This document shows positions 8,921 to 19,066 of a DNA stretch of 64,000 bases, in pieces (within the stretch, counting starts at the first letter, position 1; every line of letters begins with the position of its first letter). A program made the translations under genes and the position numbers. The notes below the pieces were generated by a model. The model was not told the origin of the DNA. It worked only from the letters and a program-made list of their open reading frames with translations, and searched no databases. Source of the stretch: Candidatus Nealsonbacteria bacterium (GTDB lineage Bacteria > Patescibacteriota > Minisyncoccia > Minisyncoccales > JAGMDC01); contig JAUWMZ010000001.1 in NCBI GenBank assembly GCA_030612885.1, forward strand, positions 83,193-147,192, read 5' to 3'.

Positions 8921-10243
8921 ATGAATAAAAAAATAACTGGTCAAATTGTAATATCATCGGCTAAGATTTCTGAGACGCAGAAGAAAGTAAAAAATATTTC
9001 TAATTTCAAAAAAAATATTGAAGCAGTTTTAGAAAAAAACATTACTGAAATTTTGGAAAACATTTTAGTCGGTTCAATAAATTTAGATACTTCAGACATC
9101 CATATTGAGCCAAGAAAAAAAGATACAAAAATTAGAGTGAGAATTGACGGCATACTTCAAGAAGTTATTTCTCTCCAGACAGATATATATCAAGCCCTGT
9201 CTTCCAGAATCAAACTCTTAAGCGGTATAAAATTAAATATTTCTGACCGTGCCCAGGACGGCAGATTTTCTATTATTTTTGAAAAAAGCGAGAAAGAAAA
9301 GGAAGACAAGACAATCATAGAAATCAGGACTTCCTTCCTGCCCTCTGAATACGGAGAGTCAATTGTTTTAAGAATTTTAAATCCTAAATCCCTGATTGAG
9401 CTTGAAGCCCTGGGATTAAGAAAGGATTTGCTGGCTACTTTTTTGAAAGAGATAAAAAGGCGAAATGGAATGGTTATTGTTACCGGTCCCACTGGTTCTG
9501 GAAAGACCACCACTCTTTATACTTTTCTAAAAAAAATTCAAAGACCGCAAATTAAAATCATAACCATTGAAGACCCGATTGAATACCATCTCAAAGGGGT
9601 TTCCCAAACCCAAGTGAAGCCGGAAAAAGGATATGACTTTGCCAATGGTCTTCGTTCTATTATGAGGCAGGACCCGGACGTCATTCTGGTAGGAGAAATC
9701 AGGGACTTGGAAACAGTAAAAATTGCTATTCAGTCAGCCCTGACCGGCCATTTAGTTTTGACCACCTTACATACTAATGATGCTGCCGGAACCATTGCCC
9801 GGTTAATTAATTTGGGCGCCAAAGCGAACAATATTGGACCGGCTGTCAATGTGGTAATTGCCCAAAGATTGGTAAGAAAAGTTTGTCAGAAATGCGGTAG
9901 ATTAGAAAATGCCTCTAAAATAGAAATTGAGAAAATAAAAAATGGGTTGAAGGGTATTTCCAAAGAAATTAAAGTTCCAAAAATTGGCACGGGGTTGAAG
10001 ATTTTAAAAGCAAAAGGATGTAAAGATTGCAACCAAACTGGTTATAGAGGAAGGGTAGGAATTTTTGAAGCAATTTTAATTGACGAGGAAATAGAAAAAT
10101 TTATTTTAGAAAATCTTTCTATTGCCGCTTTGAAAGAAAAAGCGCTGAAAAAAGGAATGGTAACAATGAAGCAGGACGGCTTGCTTAAGGTTTTAAACAA
10201 AGAAACCAGCATAGAAGAAGTAGAAAGGGTTACCGGAGAGTAA
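8921..10243 (+). CDS. pilB: Type II/IV secretion family ATPase (GspE/PilB-like)
   Basis: Walker A GPTGSGKTT; Asp and His boxes; tetracysteine CQKCGR...CKDCNQTGYRGRVGIFE. Confidence 0.8.
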   Translation: MNKKITGQIVISSAKISETQKKVKNISNFKKNIEAVLEKNITEILENILVGSINLDTSDIHIEPRKKDTKIRVRIDGILQEVISLQTDIYQALSSRIKLLSGIKLNISDRAQDGRFSIIFEKSEKEKEDKTIIEIRTSFLPSEYGESIVLRILNPKSLIELEALGLRKDLLATFLKEIKRRNGMVIVTGPTGSGKTTTLYTFLKKIQRPQIKIITIEDPIEYHLKGVSQTQVKPEKGYDFANGLRSIMRQDPDVILVGEIRDLETVKIAIQSALTGHLVLTTLHTNDAAGTIARLINLGAKANNIGPAVNVVIAQRLVRKVCQKCGRLENASKIEIEKIKNGLKGISKEIKVPKIGTGLKILKAKGCKDCNQTGYRGRVGIFEAILIDEEIEKFILENLSIAALKEKALKKGMVTMKQDGLLKVLNKETSIEEVERVTGE

Positions 10244-10310
10244 ACCCCGCACCTTTTATGGATAGTTTCGTTTTTTTTACACAAAGTGCAATCCATAAAA
10301 GGTGCGGGGT
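10244..10310 (+). terminator. Long GC-rich hairpin terminator downstream of pilB
   Basis: accccgcaccttttatggat ... atccataaaaggtgcggggt forms a stem of about 19 bp flanking a T-tract. Confidence 0.65.
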
Positions 10311-10449
10311 AAAAAAATAGCCCAAGGCTGGGGACAAAACTTCAGTTTAAAACCATAGTTCAGAATTTTTCTGAGGAATAATCCGGCACTACCTGGATTA
10401 TCCATTAACTAAGAGAAATTCCTGCGTCCCCAACCTTAGGCTATCTACC

Positions 10450-11748
10450 TTGATTATAATGGATATTGTGAATTTGTCAACCCCAACACCAAACAAACAT
10501 AGCTTTGTTGTAGCGCGGGGGTCAATCCTTTTGCTTTTGCTTGTTAGTTTTTTGTTTTTTGAAATCGGTTTTAAGGCCGATTTTATTTTAGCCGATGAAT
10601 CGTTTAATGTAGTAATCAATGAAATTACCTGGATGGGCACAAAAGAATTTTACAACGATGAGTGGATTGAATTATACAATAATAGCGATTCAGCTGTAAA
10701 TCTTAGTGGCTGGACATTAAAAGCTGATGATGGCAGCCCGGAAATTGAACTCTCTGGCAGGATTTTGAGTAAAAGTTTTTATTTGCTGGAAAGGACTGAT
10801 GACGAAACAGTGGCTGGTGTTTTGGCCGACCAAATCTATAAAGGAGGATTGGCTAACAAAGGCGAATGTCTAAAGCTTTTTGATGAACAGGAAAATTTGA
10901 TTGACAAAGTGGACTGCTCTGACGGGTGGTTTGCCGGAGACAACAAGACCAAACAAACAATGGAAAGGTCTGTTGAGGTCAAGCTTCAACAGGTTCATTG
11001 GCAGACCAGCCAAGAGCCGGGCGGCACCCCAAAAAAACAGAATAGCCAACCAGCTGAGGAATCGGTTGAGGTCAAACCTCAACCGTTCCATCAACAGGAG
11101 GTTATTGATGTCAAACTTCAACAGCCTAATTATGGCGTAGTTTATCCTTCCGGGATAGTTGTCAACGAAGTGCTCCCCTCTCCTGAAGGCCCTGATGCAG
11201 AAAATGAATGGATAGAAATTTTCAATGAAAATAATCTTGAAGTTGACATTTCCGGCTGGAAAATTTCTGACACTGTCGGCAGTGTCAAGAGTTATATTTT
11301 TCCCAAAGGAACAAAAATTTCCGGCAAAGGATTCTTGCTTCTCAACAGGCCAAAAACAAAAATTACTTTAAATAATAGCGGTGAGGGATTAAAAATTTTT
11401 AATCCCAATGGAAAAATAGTTGATGAAATAAATTTTGGAAAAGCGCTTTTGGGACAGTCGTATAATAAGTTTGACTCTCAATGGCAGTGGTCAGAGAATC
11501 TAACTCCAGGCTCTGCAAACATCGCCTCATCGGTAAAAAAAGACCTTTTAGAAAACAGTTCCCCAGAAGTTATACAGAAAAATCTGGAGGAGAACAAAAA
11601 TCCTCTTTTATTGTCTTCGCTGTTAGAATCTCCATTGTCAGAGAAAAACAAGAGTTCTATATTTAAATTGTTAATGATTGCTTTATCTATTAGTGTTTGT
11701 TTTGGGTTTTTAATTTTATTTCTAAAAAAGAAATTGAAAACTGATTAA
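10450..11748 (+). CDS. Lamin-tail-domain (LTD) protein with a C-terminal TM anchor
   Basis: Two LTD modules (VVINEITWMG...EWIELYN...LSGWTLK and IVVNEVLPSP...EWIEIFN...ISGWKI); C-terminal hydrophobic helix. Confidence 0.6.
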   Translation: MIIMDIVNLSTPTPNKHSFVVARGSILLLLLVSFLFFEIGFKADFILADESFNVVINEITWMGTKEFYNDEWIELYNNSDSAVNLSGWTLKADDGSPEIELSGRILSKSFYLLERTDDETVAGVLADQIYKGGLANKGECLKLFDEQENLIDKVDCSDGWFAGDNKTKQTMERSVEVKLQQVHWQTSQEPGGTPKKQNSQPAEESVEVKPQPFHQQEVIDVKLQQPNYGVVYPSGIVVNEVLPSPEGPDAENEWIEIFNENNLEVDISGWKISDTVGSVKSYIFPKGTKISGKGFLLLNRPKTKITLNNSGEGLKIFNPNGKIVDEINFGKALLGQSYNKFDSQWQWSENLTPGSANIASSVKKDLLENSSPEVIQKNLEENKNPLLLSSLLESPLSEKNKSSIFKLLMIALSISVCFGFLILFLKKKLKTD

Positions 11749-11786
11749 AAATTTGGTAAGATAAAAGTATAATAGATTAAAAAATT

Positions 11787-12521
11787 ATGTCAGGCCATTC
11801 CCATTTTTCAAGTATAAAACATAAAAAAGAGATTACTGATGCCAAGCGGGGCAAGGTTTTTTCTAAATTAGCCCGGCAGATTTCTGTTGCTGTCAGAGAA
11901 AAAGGAAGCGACCCGGAAACCAATTCCGGTTTGCGTTTGGTTATTGAAAAAGCCAAGGAGTTTAATATGCCTAAGGACAATATAGAGAGAGCCATAAAAA
12001 GAGGAACAGGCGAATTAGCAGAAGAGAAGTTAGAGGAAGTAATTTATGAGGCATATGGTCCGGGTGGAATAGCTATTATTATTGAGGGAATTACTGACAA
12101 TAAAAACAGGGCATTAGGAGAAATTAAGCAGATTTTAAGTCAGGCAGGAGGAAAGCTGGCTGACAGCGGCTCGGTAAAATGGATGTTTGAAAGAAAAGGA
12201 GCTATAATAATCATTTATCATTTATCATTGACCAATAATCAGTCAAAAGAAGATTTAGAGATGAAAGCAATAGAAGCAGGCGCGGATGATATTTATTGGC
12301 ATAATGATATATTAGATGTTTACACCAAACCCGAGAATTTGGAAAAGGTTAAGAAAAATTTGGAAAATCAAGGAATCAAGGTTGAGTCCGCCTCACTTGA
12401 CTGGGTGGCAAAAGATGAAATTGAATTAGAAGAAAAAGAGAAAAAAGCAGCAGAAAGATTATTTGAATTATTGGACGAAAACGAAACAGTCCAAGAAATT
12501 TATTCTAATCTTAAAACATAA
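11787..12521 (+). CDS. yebC: YebC/PmpR-family DNA-binding regulator
   Basis: MSGHSHFSSIKHKKEITDAKRGKVFSKLARQISVA is the family signature; carries an in-frame AT-rich repeat insertion (YHLSLTNN). Confidence 0.9.
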   Translation: MSGHSHFSSIKHKKEITDAKRGKVFSKLARQISVAVREKGSDPETNSGLRLVIEKAKEFNMPKDNIERAIKRGTGELAEEKLEEVIYEAYGPGGIAIIIEGITDNKNRALGEIKQILSQAGGKLADSGSVKWMFERKGAIIIIYHLSLTNNQSKEDLEMKAIEAGADDIYWHNDILDVYTKPENLEKVKKNLENQGIKVESASLDWVAKDEIELEEKEKKAAERLFELLDENETVQEIYSNLKT

Positions 12522-12523
12522 AT

Positions 12524-13018
12524 ATGATTATTTTAGGCATTGATCCGGGAACGGCCACAACTGGATATGGAATTATAAAAGCGAAAAATTTAAAGCAAAG
12601 AGCAAAAAATAATTTAAAATGCTTGAGCTATGGCTGTATTAAAACCAGTCCGGAGTTTAGCGACGGCGAACGATTAAAAAAAATAAATTGGGAACTAAAT
12701 AAAATAATTCGAGAATATAAGCCAAAAGTTTTAGCAGTGGAAAGCATCTTTTTCTTTAAAAACTTAAAAACTGCTATGCCGGTAAGCCAGGCAAAAGGAG
12801 TAATATTGTTTACGGCCGCCAAGAAAAAAATACCTGTTTATGAGTTTACACCACTCCAAGTTAAAATGGCAATTACGGGCTATGGAAGGGCAGAGAAAAA
12901 AGAGATTCAGAAAGCGATAAAAAGCATTCTGAATTTAAAAGAAATACCAAAACCAGATGATGCGGCAGATGCTTTAGCCATAGCGGTTTATTATACAAAT
13001 CTTGTAAAAACGAGTTAA
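12524..13018 (+). CDS. ruvC: Holliday junction resolvase RuvC
   Basis: MIILGIDPGTATTGYGII N-terminus and size. Confidence 0.85.
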   Translation: MIILGIDPGTATTGYGIIKAKNLKQRAKNNLKCLSYGCIKTSPEFSDGERLKKINWELNKIIREYKPKVLAVESIFFFKNLKTAMPVSQAKGVILFTAAKKKIPVYEFTPLQVKMAITGYGRAEKKEIQKAIKSILNLKEIPKPDDAADALAIAVYYTNLVKTS

Positions 13019-13066
13019 TATTTAGAGGTCAAACCTCTAAATATTGAAAAATTTTCACTACGGGGG

Positions 13067-13094
13067 TTGACAAAATTTCTAAAAAAAATATAAT
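13067..13094 (+). promoter_or_regulatory. Consensus sigma70 promoter: TTGACA, 16-nt spacer, TATAAT
   Basis: -35 element at 13067-13072 and -10 element at 13089-13094; a hairpin lies in the 5' UTR at about 13141-13180. Confidence 0.55.
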
Positions 13095-13193
13095 AGTGAT
13101 ATAGATAGAAAAAGGTCGATGATAGTTAGAGTAGAAATTAAAAATCACTCTTTTTTTATTTAGTATAAAGAGAGTGATATTCTTTAAAAAATT

Positions 13194-13514
13194 ATGATTA
13201 ACGAATTTATTAGTCAAGAAGAAGAAACTCCTAAAGAGGAAGAAAAAGAGGAAGAAAAAGAGGAAGAAAAAACTTCTTCTGAAGAAGTAACTAGTCAGGA
13301 TACAGAAGAAGGAACTCCTGAAGAAGGCGCTACTGAAGGAGGAGAAGAAACTCCTAAAACTGAAGGAACTCCTGAAACTGGAGAAGGTGAAGAAGAGAAA
13401 GAAAAAGAAGGAGAAAAAGAAGGAGAAAAAGAAGGAGAAGAAAAAGAAGGAGAAAAAGAAGGAGAAGAGAAAGAAGAAGAGAAAGAAGAAGAGAAAGAAA
13501 CTCCAGTTGTATAG
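13194..13514 (+). CDS. Highly acidic low-complexity E/K/G-rich protein
   Basis: EEKEEEK repeats; consensus promoter upstream and intrinsic terminator downstream support the plus strand. Confidence 0.45.
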   Translation: MINEFISQEEETPKEEEKEEEKEEEKTSSEEVTSQDTEEGTPEEGATEGGEETPKTEGTPETGEGEEEKEKEGEKEGEKEGEEKEGEKEGEEKEEEKEEEKETPVV

Positions 13515-13515
13515 T

Positions 13516-13548
13516 TTAAAAACTCCCACCTATGGCGGGAGTTTTTAA
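13516..13548 (+). terminator. Intrinsic terminator
   Basis: aaactcccacctatggcgggagttttt hairpin followed by a U-tract. Confidence 0.6.
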
Positions 13549-13598
13549 ACACGGGTTTGTGCTTAGCTAAGCTAAGCACAACTAAAAGCTAAGCACAA

Positions 13599-14813
13599 CT
13601 AAATAATTTTAACAAACTTTCTTTTGCCTGCCTGGATTATCGTTCCTTTTTTTACTTTAATATCTTTCTGCCAGTCATTCTGAATTTCATTATCAATTTT
13701 CACTCCTTTTTGCAAAACCAATCTTTTAGCTTCTGATTTTGAGGAAGCTATTTTTGTTTTTACCAGTAAATCTAAAATATTATAAACCCCTGGTTTTAAT
13801 TTGAAACCGGGTATTTTAGAAGGCAGTTTCTTTTCTTTAAAAATTCTATTAAATTCTTTTTCTGCTTTTTCTGCCACACTTTTATTGTGATACATAGTCA
13901 CAATTTCTTTCGCTAAAATAGATTTTGCCTTTTTAGGGTTAAGTTTTTTGGATTTTATATCTTGCGCAATTTGTTTGATTTTGTTTAGGGGAATTTCTGT
14001 CCAATGGGTAAAACAAGAAGCAATAACTTCATCAGGCAAAGCCATTATTCTACCGTACATATTATTTGGTTTTTCGTCCAAGCTAATATAGTTTCCTTCG
14101 CTTTTTGACATTAACATTTTTTTTGTTTTTGGGTCTTCTAAGATTTCTTTTGCTATAACAAATTTTTGTTTCTTTTTGTAAATTTTCATCAAATCTCTTC
14201 CTACCAACATATTGAAAATTTGGTCACTCCCCCCTAATTCAATATCAGTGTCTAACTTTACGGAATCGTATCCTTGCAATAACGGGTATAAAAATTCATG
14301 GAAAAAAATTTCTTTTCCCATTTTCTTTCTTTTTCTGAATATGTCCCTTGCCATTATCTTTTGGATGGTTATTTTACTCATTAAATCCATTATTTCTTCC
14401 AGTTTCATCTTTCCAAACCATTGACTATTGAAAGCAATCTTTACTGAATTTTTTTTAGAATTAAAATCTAAAATTTTCGCTGCCTGCCTTTGATAATTTT
14501 TGTAATTTTCCAAAATTTGTTTTTTAGAAAGTTGTTTGCGCACGGAAAGCTTTCCTGTTGGGTCTCCTATTCTCGCTGTGAAATCCCCAAATAATAAAGT
14601 AACTTGATGCCCTAATTTTTGAAACCGTTTTAGGATTAATAAATTAGTTCCGTGGTCAAGATGTAAATTAGGCGCAGTAGGGTCAATGCCGAAATAAATT
14701 TTTAATTGTTTGTTGGATTTCAAAATTTCTTCCATTTTTCCTTTGGAAGGATAAATTTTTTTAATCGCTCTTGTTAAAACCTCTTCAATTTTTTTTGGAT
14801 TGGTATCTATCAT
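13599..14813 (-). CDS. tyrS: Tyrosine--tRNA ligase
   Basis: HIGH-class motif (PNLHLDHG), KMSKS (KMLMSKSEG), C-terminal S4 domain. Confidence 0.9.
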   Translation of the reverse strand: MIDTNPKKIEEVLTRAIKKIYPSKGKMEEILKSNKQLKIYFGIDPTAPNLHLDHGTNLLILKRFQKLGHQVTLLFGDFTARIGDPTGKLSVRKQLSKKQILENYKNYQRQAAKILDFNSKKNSVKIAFNSQWFGKMKLEEIMDLMSKITIQKIMARDIFRKRKKMGKEIFFHEFLYPLLQGYDSVKLDTDIELGGSDQIFNMLVGRDLMKIYKKKQKFVIAKEILEDPKTKKMLMSKSEGNYISLDEKPNNMYGRIMALPDEVIASCFTHWTEIPLNKIKQIAQDIKSKKLNPKKAKSILAKEIVTMYHNKSVAEKAEKEFNRIFKEKKLPSKIPGFKLKPGVYNILDLLVKTKIASSKSEAKRLVLQKGVKIDNEIQNDWQKDIKVKKGTIIQAGKRKFVKII

Positions 14814-15564
14814 AATTTTGAGGGACAGGGGAGGGACAGTCCCTCCCCTGTCCCTCTACGATATTTAGATGACGTGTCTTAAGAAAATATCCAGAAACGA
14901 GAAGGTCTTTGGCTAATTTCCGATATTCTTGTCTGGCTTTTTTAATATTATTAGAGACAAGAGATAAAATAAATTTATCCTGGGTAATTCCATCCTCTCT
15001 TAATCCAAGATGAACAGGATAACTATTCCAGGGGTCTCTCTCGGCTTCCTCTAAAAGTTTTGTCAAAATGCTTTTTGAAATATTTTGGTTATTAATACGC
15101 TGAAGTTTTTCCAGAACTTTATTTAGATTAATATAAATGGAAGTGGGTAAAAGAGCATTTTCTCCAAGTTGTTCTGCTTTAAATCTATCTTGGAACAAAT
15201 GCCCTACCCGAGAATACTTTTTATTTATATGGAGACCAAAACTAGTATGGAGACTACCAATAAATTTACTAGGAGGAACTTCAGAAGTTTGTTCAATTAA
15301 ATAATGAACATGGTTAGGAAGTAAATTATAGGCATGAATGTTCACTGGATATTTTTTAAGAAATTCTTTAATTTTATAAAGATAAAATATAAAATCTTCT
15401 TTCCTGTGAAAGATATTTTCTTTAGCAACTCCTCTACTAAAAATATGCCAAAAACTTCCTTTATAAAATTTTCGTAGTTGTCTCATATATAGAAAAAGAT
15501 TTATGAACTGTCCTTTTCTTATCCCTTCTTTATTTATAATAGCAAAATTATTAGAATTTGCCAA
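14785..15564 (-). CDS. REP-associated tyrosine transposase (RAYT; IS200/IS605 Y1 HuH family)
   Basis: HuH motif NHVHYLIE; downstream tyrosine region GHLFQDRFKAE...YINLN; flanked on both sides by the same palindrome; the 3' end runs into the REP and overlaps the tyrS start, so the true start and stop are uncertain. Confidence 0.7.
   Translation of the reverse strand: MANSNNFAIINKEGIRKGQFINLFLYMRQLRKFYKGSFWHIFSRGVAKENIFHRKEDFIFYLYKIKEFLKKYPVNIHAYNLLPNHVHYLIEQTSEVPPSKFIGSLHTSFGLHINKKYSRVGHLFQDRFKAEQLGENALLPTSIYINLNKVLEKLQRINNQNISKSILTKLLEEAERDPWNSYPVHLGLREDGITQDKFILSLVSNNIKKARQEYRKLAKDLLVSGYFLKTRHLNIVEGQGRDCPSPVPQNYDRYQSKKN
14820..14856. repeat. REP-like GC-rich palindrome (copy 1) flanking the RAYT
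   Basis: gagggacaggggagggac a gtccctcccctgtccctc: 18-bp arms in an AT-rich genome. Confidence 0.85.
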
Positions 15565-15565
15565 A

Positions 15566-15613
15566 CAAACAAGGGACAGGGGAGGGACAGTCCCTCCCCT
15601 GTCCCTTGTTTGC
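15566..15613. repeat. REP-like GC-rich palindrome (copy 2, extended arms)
   Basis: caaacaagggacaggggagggacagtccctcccctgtcccttgtttg; the direct repeat tttgccaaa lies on both flanks. Confidence 0.85.
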
Positions 15614-15644
15614 CAAATCAGGCAAAATCAATTAAAGTAAATAT

Positions 15645-17609
15645 ATGGTTAAAAGAGTTTATCATCGGAAAATTTTGGGAGAGACAAAAAGGATGAAGAG
15701 AATTAAAACAGTTTTAAAATTGTTTGTTTTTGCTTTTATTTTTTTTGTGTTTTTTTGTTCGTTATTGTTTTTCTATTATGCTAAAGACCTGCCCAGACCG
15801 GAAAAATTTATGGAAAAACAGTTTATTGAATCAACAAAAATCTATGACCGAACCGGCGAGGTTCTTTTATATAATATTTATGGGGAAGAAAAGAGAACTA
15901 TAGTGTCTATAGAAAAAGTGCCAGAACAATTAATCCAAGCCGTCATCACAGCCGAAGACAGAAGCTTTTACAAGCATCACGGCATTGATTACAAAGGAGT
16001 TATGCGGGCAATATTAGTAAACTTTAAATTAAAAAAGCCGGCCCAGGGCGGCTCCACTATTACCCAGCAGTTGATCAGGTCCAGTTTTTTAACTCTCAGT
16101 AAAACTGCTGAAAGGAAAATAAGAGAGATTATTTTAACCATAGAATTAGAAAGAAAATATACTAAGGACCAGATAATGGAATGGTATTTAAACCAAATCC
16201 CTTTTGGCTCTAATGCTTACGGCGTAGAAGCAGCCAGCCAGACCTATTTTAAAAAATCTGTTCAGGACTTGTCCTTGGAAGAATCAGCTATTCTTGCTTC
16301 TCTTATTTGCGGGCCGAGCCGTCTCTCTCCTTATGGCCAGAATAAAGACAGGTTGTTGGGAAGAAAAGATTATGTTTTAGAGGGAATGGCAGATGAGGGA
16401 TATATATCAAAAGAAGAAGCAGAAGAGTCAAAGAAAATAGAAATATCCTTTGCCCCTAAACTTGTGGAAATTAAAGCTCCTCATTTTACTCTTTATGTTA
16501 AAAGCCAGTTAGAAAGAAAATATGGAGAAAAATATGGAAAAGAATTTTTAAAAGAAAACGGATTAAAGGTGTACACTTCTTTGGACTGGGAGCTTCAGCA
16601 ATTAGCAGAAAAAGCAGTGGAAGAAAGAGCAAAAATTAATGAAGGCTATCGGGCCTATAATGCTTCCTTGGTTGCTTTAAATCCGAAAAACGGCGAGGTT
16701 TTAGCAATGGTCGGCTCAAAAGATTATTTTGGTGAGTCATATCCTGAAGGATGTAATCCGGAAAAGGACTGTCTGTTTACACCCAAATTGAATATTCCCA
16801 TTTACGGCATTGGCAGGCAGCCTGGCTCTGCTTTCAAACCATTTGTTTATGTTACTGTCTTTCAAAACGGCTATGACGATAAAACTATTGTTGTAGACGA
16901 ACAAACAAACTTTGGTCTTTGGGGAGATGAAGAATATATTCCTCAAAACTATGACGGAAAATTCAGGGGAGAAGTAACTTTAAGAGAGGCACTGGCGCAA
17001 TCAATTAATGTGCCGGCAGTAAAAGTATTAGTGAATTTTTGCGGCTCTACGGTGCAGGAAAGTATTGAAAATAGTGTTCAGACCGCTCAAAAATTAGGCA
17101 TTACTACCTTAAGGCCTTCTTATGGACCAGCTATTGTTTTAGGTGGCTGGGAAGTAAAATTACTGGAAATGACTTCTGCTTACGGTGTTTTTGCTACCGA
17201 GGGATTAAAGGTGCCGCCAGTGACTATTTTAAGAATTGAAGATGCTGATGGAAAAATAATTAAGGAAAACAAAAAAACTGCCCAAAGGGTTTTAGGTATT
17301 CAAGAAACCCGCCTGCTCAACGACATTCTTTCAGATAATGAAGCCAGAGCGCCGCTGTTCGGTTTTAACTCCTCTTTATATATTAAGGGGTATGATACAG
17401 CAGTAAAAACAGGAACTACCGAAGAGTATAGAGATGCCTGGACTATTGGATACAGCCCTTCTCTGGTCTGCGGTGTCTGGGCGGGAAATAATGACAATTC
17501 TTCAACAAATAAAAAACCAGGGGTAACCCTGGCAGCTCCTATTTGGAAAGCATTTATGTTAGAAGCGCTTCAAAAATTCCCAAAACAAGATTTTCCGGCT
17601 AGTGATTAG
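15645..17609 (+). CDS. mrcA: Class A penicillin-binding protein (PBP1A: glycosyltransferase plus transpeptidase)
   Basis: GT51 motifs (EDRSFYKHHGID, GGSTITQQL); transpeptidase region SxxK/KTGT (KTGTT). Confidence 0.9.
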   Translation: MVKRVYHRKILGETKRMKRIKTVLKLFVFAFIFFVFFCSLLFFYYAKDLPRPEKFMEKQFIESTKIYDRTGEVLLYNIYGEEKRTIVSIEKVPEQLIQAVITAEDRSFYKHHGIDYKGVMRAILVNFKLKKPAQGGSTITQQLIRSSFLTLSKTAERKIREIILTIELERKYTKDQIMEWYLNQIPFGSNAYGVEAASQTYFKKSVQDLSLEESAILASLICGPSRLSPYGQNKDRLLGRKDYVLEGMADEGYISKEEAEESKKIEISFAPKLVEIKAPHFTLYVKSQLERKYGEKYGKEFLKENGLKVYTSLDWELQQLAEKAVEERAKINEGYRAYNASLVALNPKNGEVLAMVGSKDYFGESYPEGCNPEKDCLFTPKLNIPIYGIGRQPGSAFKPFVYVTVFQNGYDDKTIVVDEQTNFGLWGDEEYIPQNYDGKFRGEVTLREALAQSINVPAVKVLVNFCGSTVQESIENSVQTAQKLGITTLRPSYGPAIVLGGWEVKLLEMTSAYGVFATEGLKVPPVTILRIEDADGKIIKENKKTAQRVLGIQETRLLNDILSDNEARAPLFGFNSSLYIKGYDTAVKTGTTEEYRDAWTIGYSPSLVCGVWAGNNDNSSTNKKPGVTLAAPIWKAFMLEALQKFPKQDFPASD

Positions 17610-17662
17610 TGGTCATTAATCATTAATCATTAATCACTGATTATTGATCAGTTATCATTGAT

Positions 17663-18832
17663 TTAGGTTGATTTAATCGGCATTATAACATAAAGATAGG
17701 TTGCGTCTCCTACTGGTTTTAAAACCGATGGTCCTTCTTCTCCGTTCATTTCAAAAATCACTTCAGAACTTTTTATATTAGCCAGTCCTTCGATTAAAAA
17801 CCTCCAATTAAAAGAAACTTTTATTTCTTTGCCAGTGATTTTGGAAAAAAGAGAAGATTTATTTTCTCCCAGTTCCGAACTTTGAGAGAAAATTTCTACC
17901 TCTTTTTTGGAAGGCACGGCTTTTAATCTGATTTCATTTGTCTTGCCGCTGAAAAGAGAAGCGGTTTTTATTTTATTCAGAAATTCGTTTCTATTTAAAA
18001 TAAGCTGGGTTTCGTATTTTTTAGGGATAATTTCTTGATAATCAGGATATTCTCCTTCAATTAAGCGAGACATAAGCTGAATTTGGGGTTTAGAAATTTC
18101 TGGAAACAATATCTCAAACAAAACTTGATTAGAGGAGAAATAAATCCTGATTTTTTTGGAATCTATTTTTTTCGTCCCCTCACCCTCTTTTTCAGAAAAG
18201 ATATTAAGAAGCTCCCTGCTCGCTTTTAATGGAAGAATAAAAGAATATCCTTTTTCTGAAATCAAATCACTATTGAGTTTATTTTCAAAATATAATGTTT
18301 TTTCTGCTAATCTAAAACTGTCAGTGGCGGTTATTTTTAATTGCTCTTTCTGAAAATTAAAATATATTCCGGATAATTCTACTCTTGTCTGGTTAGGGGT
18401 GGTAAAGTTAATTACCTGGGAAATTCCTTCGTAGAAAGGAGCTGTTTTTATTTCTAAATAGTCATTAGTTTCAATTTTAGGAATAATAGGAAATTCTTCA
18501 GGGTCTTGCCCTTTAATTTGGGCTTTTTGATTTTTACAATCAATATGGAGAACATTATTTTTAACTTCTAAATTTATTTTTTCTTCAGGTAGAAAATTAA
18601 TAAAATCAGATAAAAGTTTGGCTGGTATGGCTATTTTTCCTGGTTTTTCTATTTTAGATAAAGCCCAGTATTTTATAGCTATTTCAAGGTCGGTAGTGAT
18701 AAGATTTAAAAGATTATTATCTGTAGAAATTAAAACATTATTTAAAATAGGAAGGGTAAGATTTTTGGTTGTTATTTTTTCTGTAATGTCTAATCCTTTT
18801 TTTAAATTTTCTTTTAGAATTATTATTTTCAT
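17663..18832 (-). CDS. dnaN: DNA polymerase III beta sliding clamp
   Basis: Position downstream of dnaA, N-terminal KENLKKGLDITEKI...TLPILNNVLI and size. Confidence 0.85.
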   Translation of the reverse strand: MKIIILKENLKKGLDITEKITTKNLTLPILNNVLISTDNNLLNLITTDLEIAIKYWALSKIEKPGKIAIPAKLLSDFINFLPEEKINLEVKNNVLHIDCKNQKAQIKGQDPEEFPIIPKIETNDYLEIKTAPFYEGISQVINFTTPNQTRVELSGIYFNFQKEQLKITATDSFRLAEKTLYFENKLNSDLISEKGYSFILPLKASRELLNIFSEKEGEGTKKIDSKKIRIYFSSNQVLFEILFPEISKPQIQLMSRLIEGEYPDYQEIIPKKYETQLILNRNEFLNKIKTASLFSGKTNEIRLKAVPSKKEVEIFSQSSELGENKSSLFSKITGKEIKVSFNWRFLIEGLANIKSSEVIFEMNGEEGPSVLKPVGDATYLYVIMPIKST

Positions 18833-19066
18833 ATTTTTATTTTAATTAGTAATAGTATATTACTATTACTAATTATTAATTAAATAAAATTTGTTGTTAT
18901 TAGAGCTGTGTATTTCTTTTATTTTTACTTAATTTACTTATAAATTTAGATGTGAATAAAATGTTGATAAAGAATAGCCTTTATTGTTTTGTTTTTTAAC
19001 GCTTATTTTAATTCCTTTATTTCCATTTCTATTCCCTTGTTTTTCCTCTGTTTTTCCCCTGTATTT

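Noticed and set aside
13029-13579. Minus-strand F/S-rich ORFs (166 aa and 94 aa)
   Set aside because: They are mirror-strand artefacts of the GAA/GAG-rich plus-strand acidic ORF, which alone has a promoter and terminator in the right orientation.
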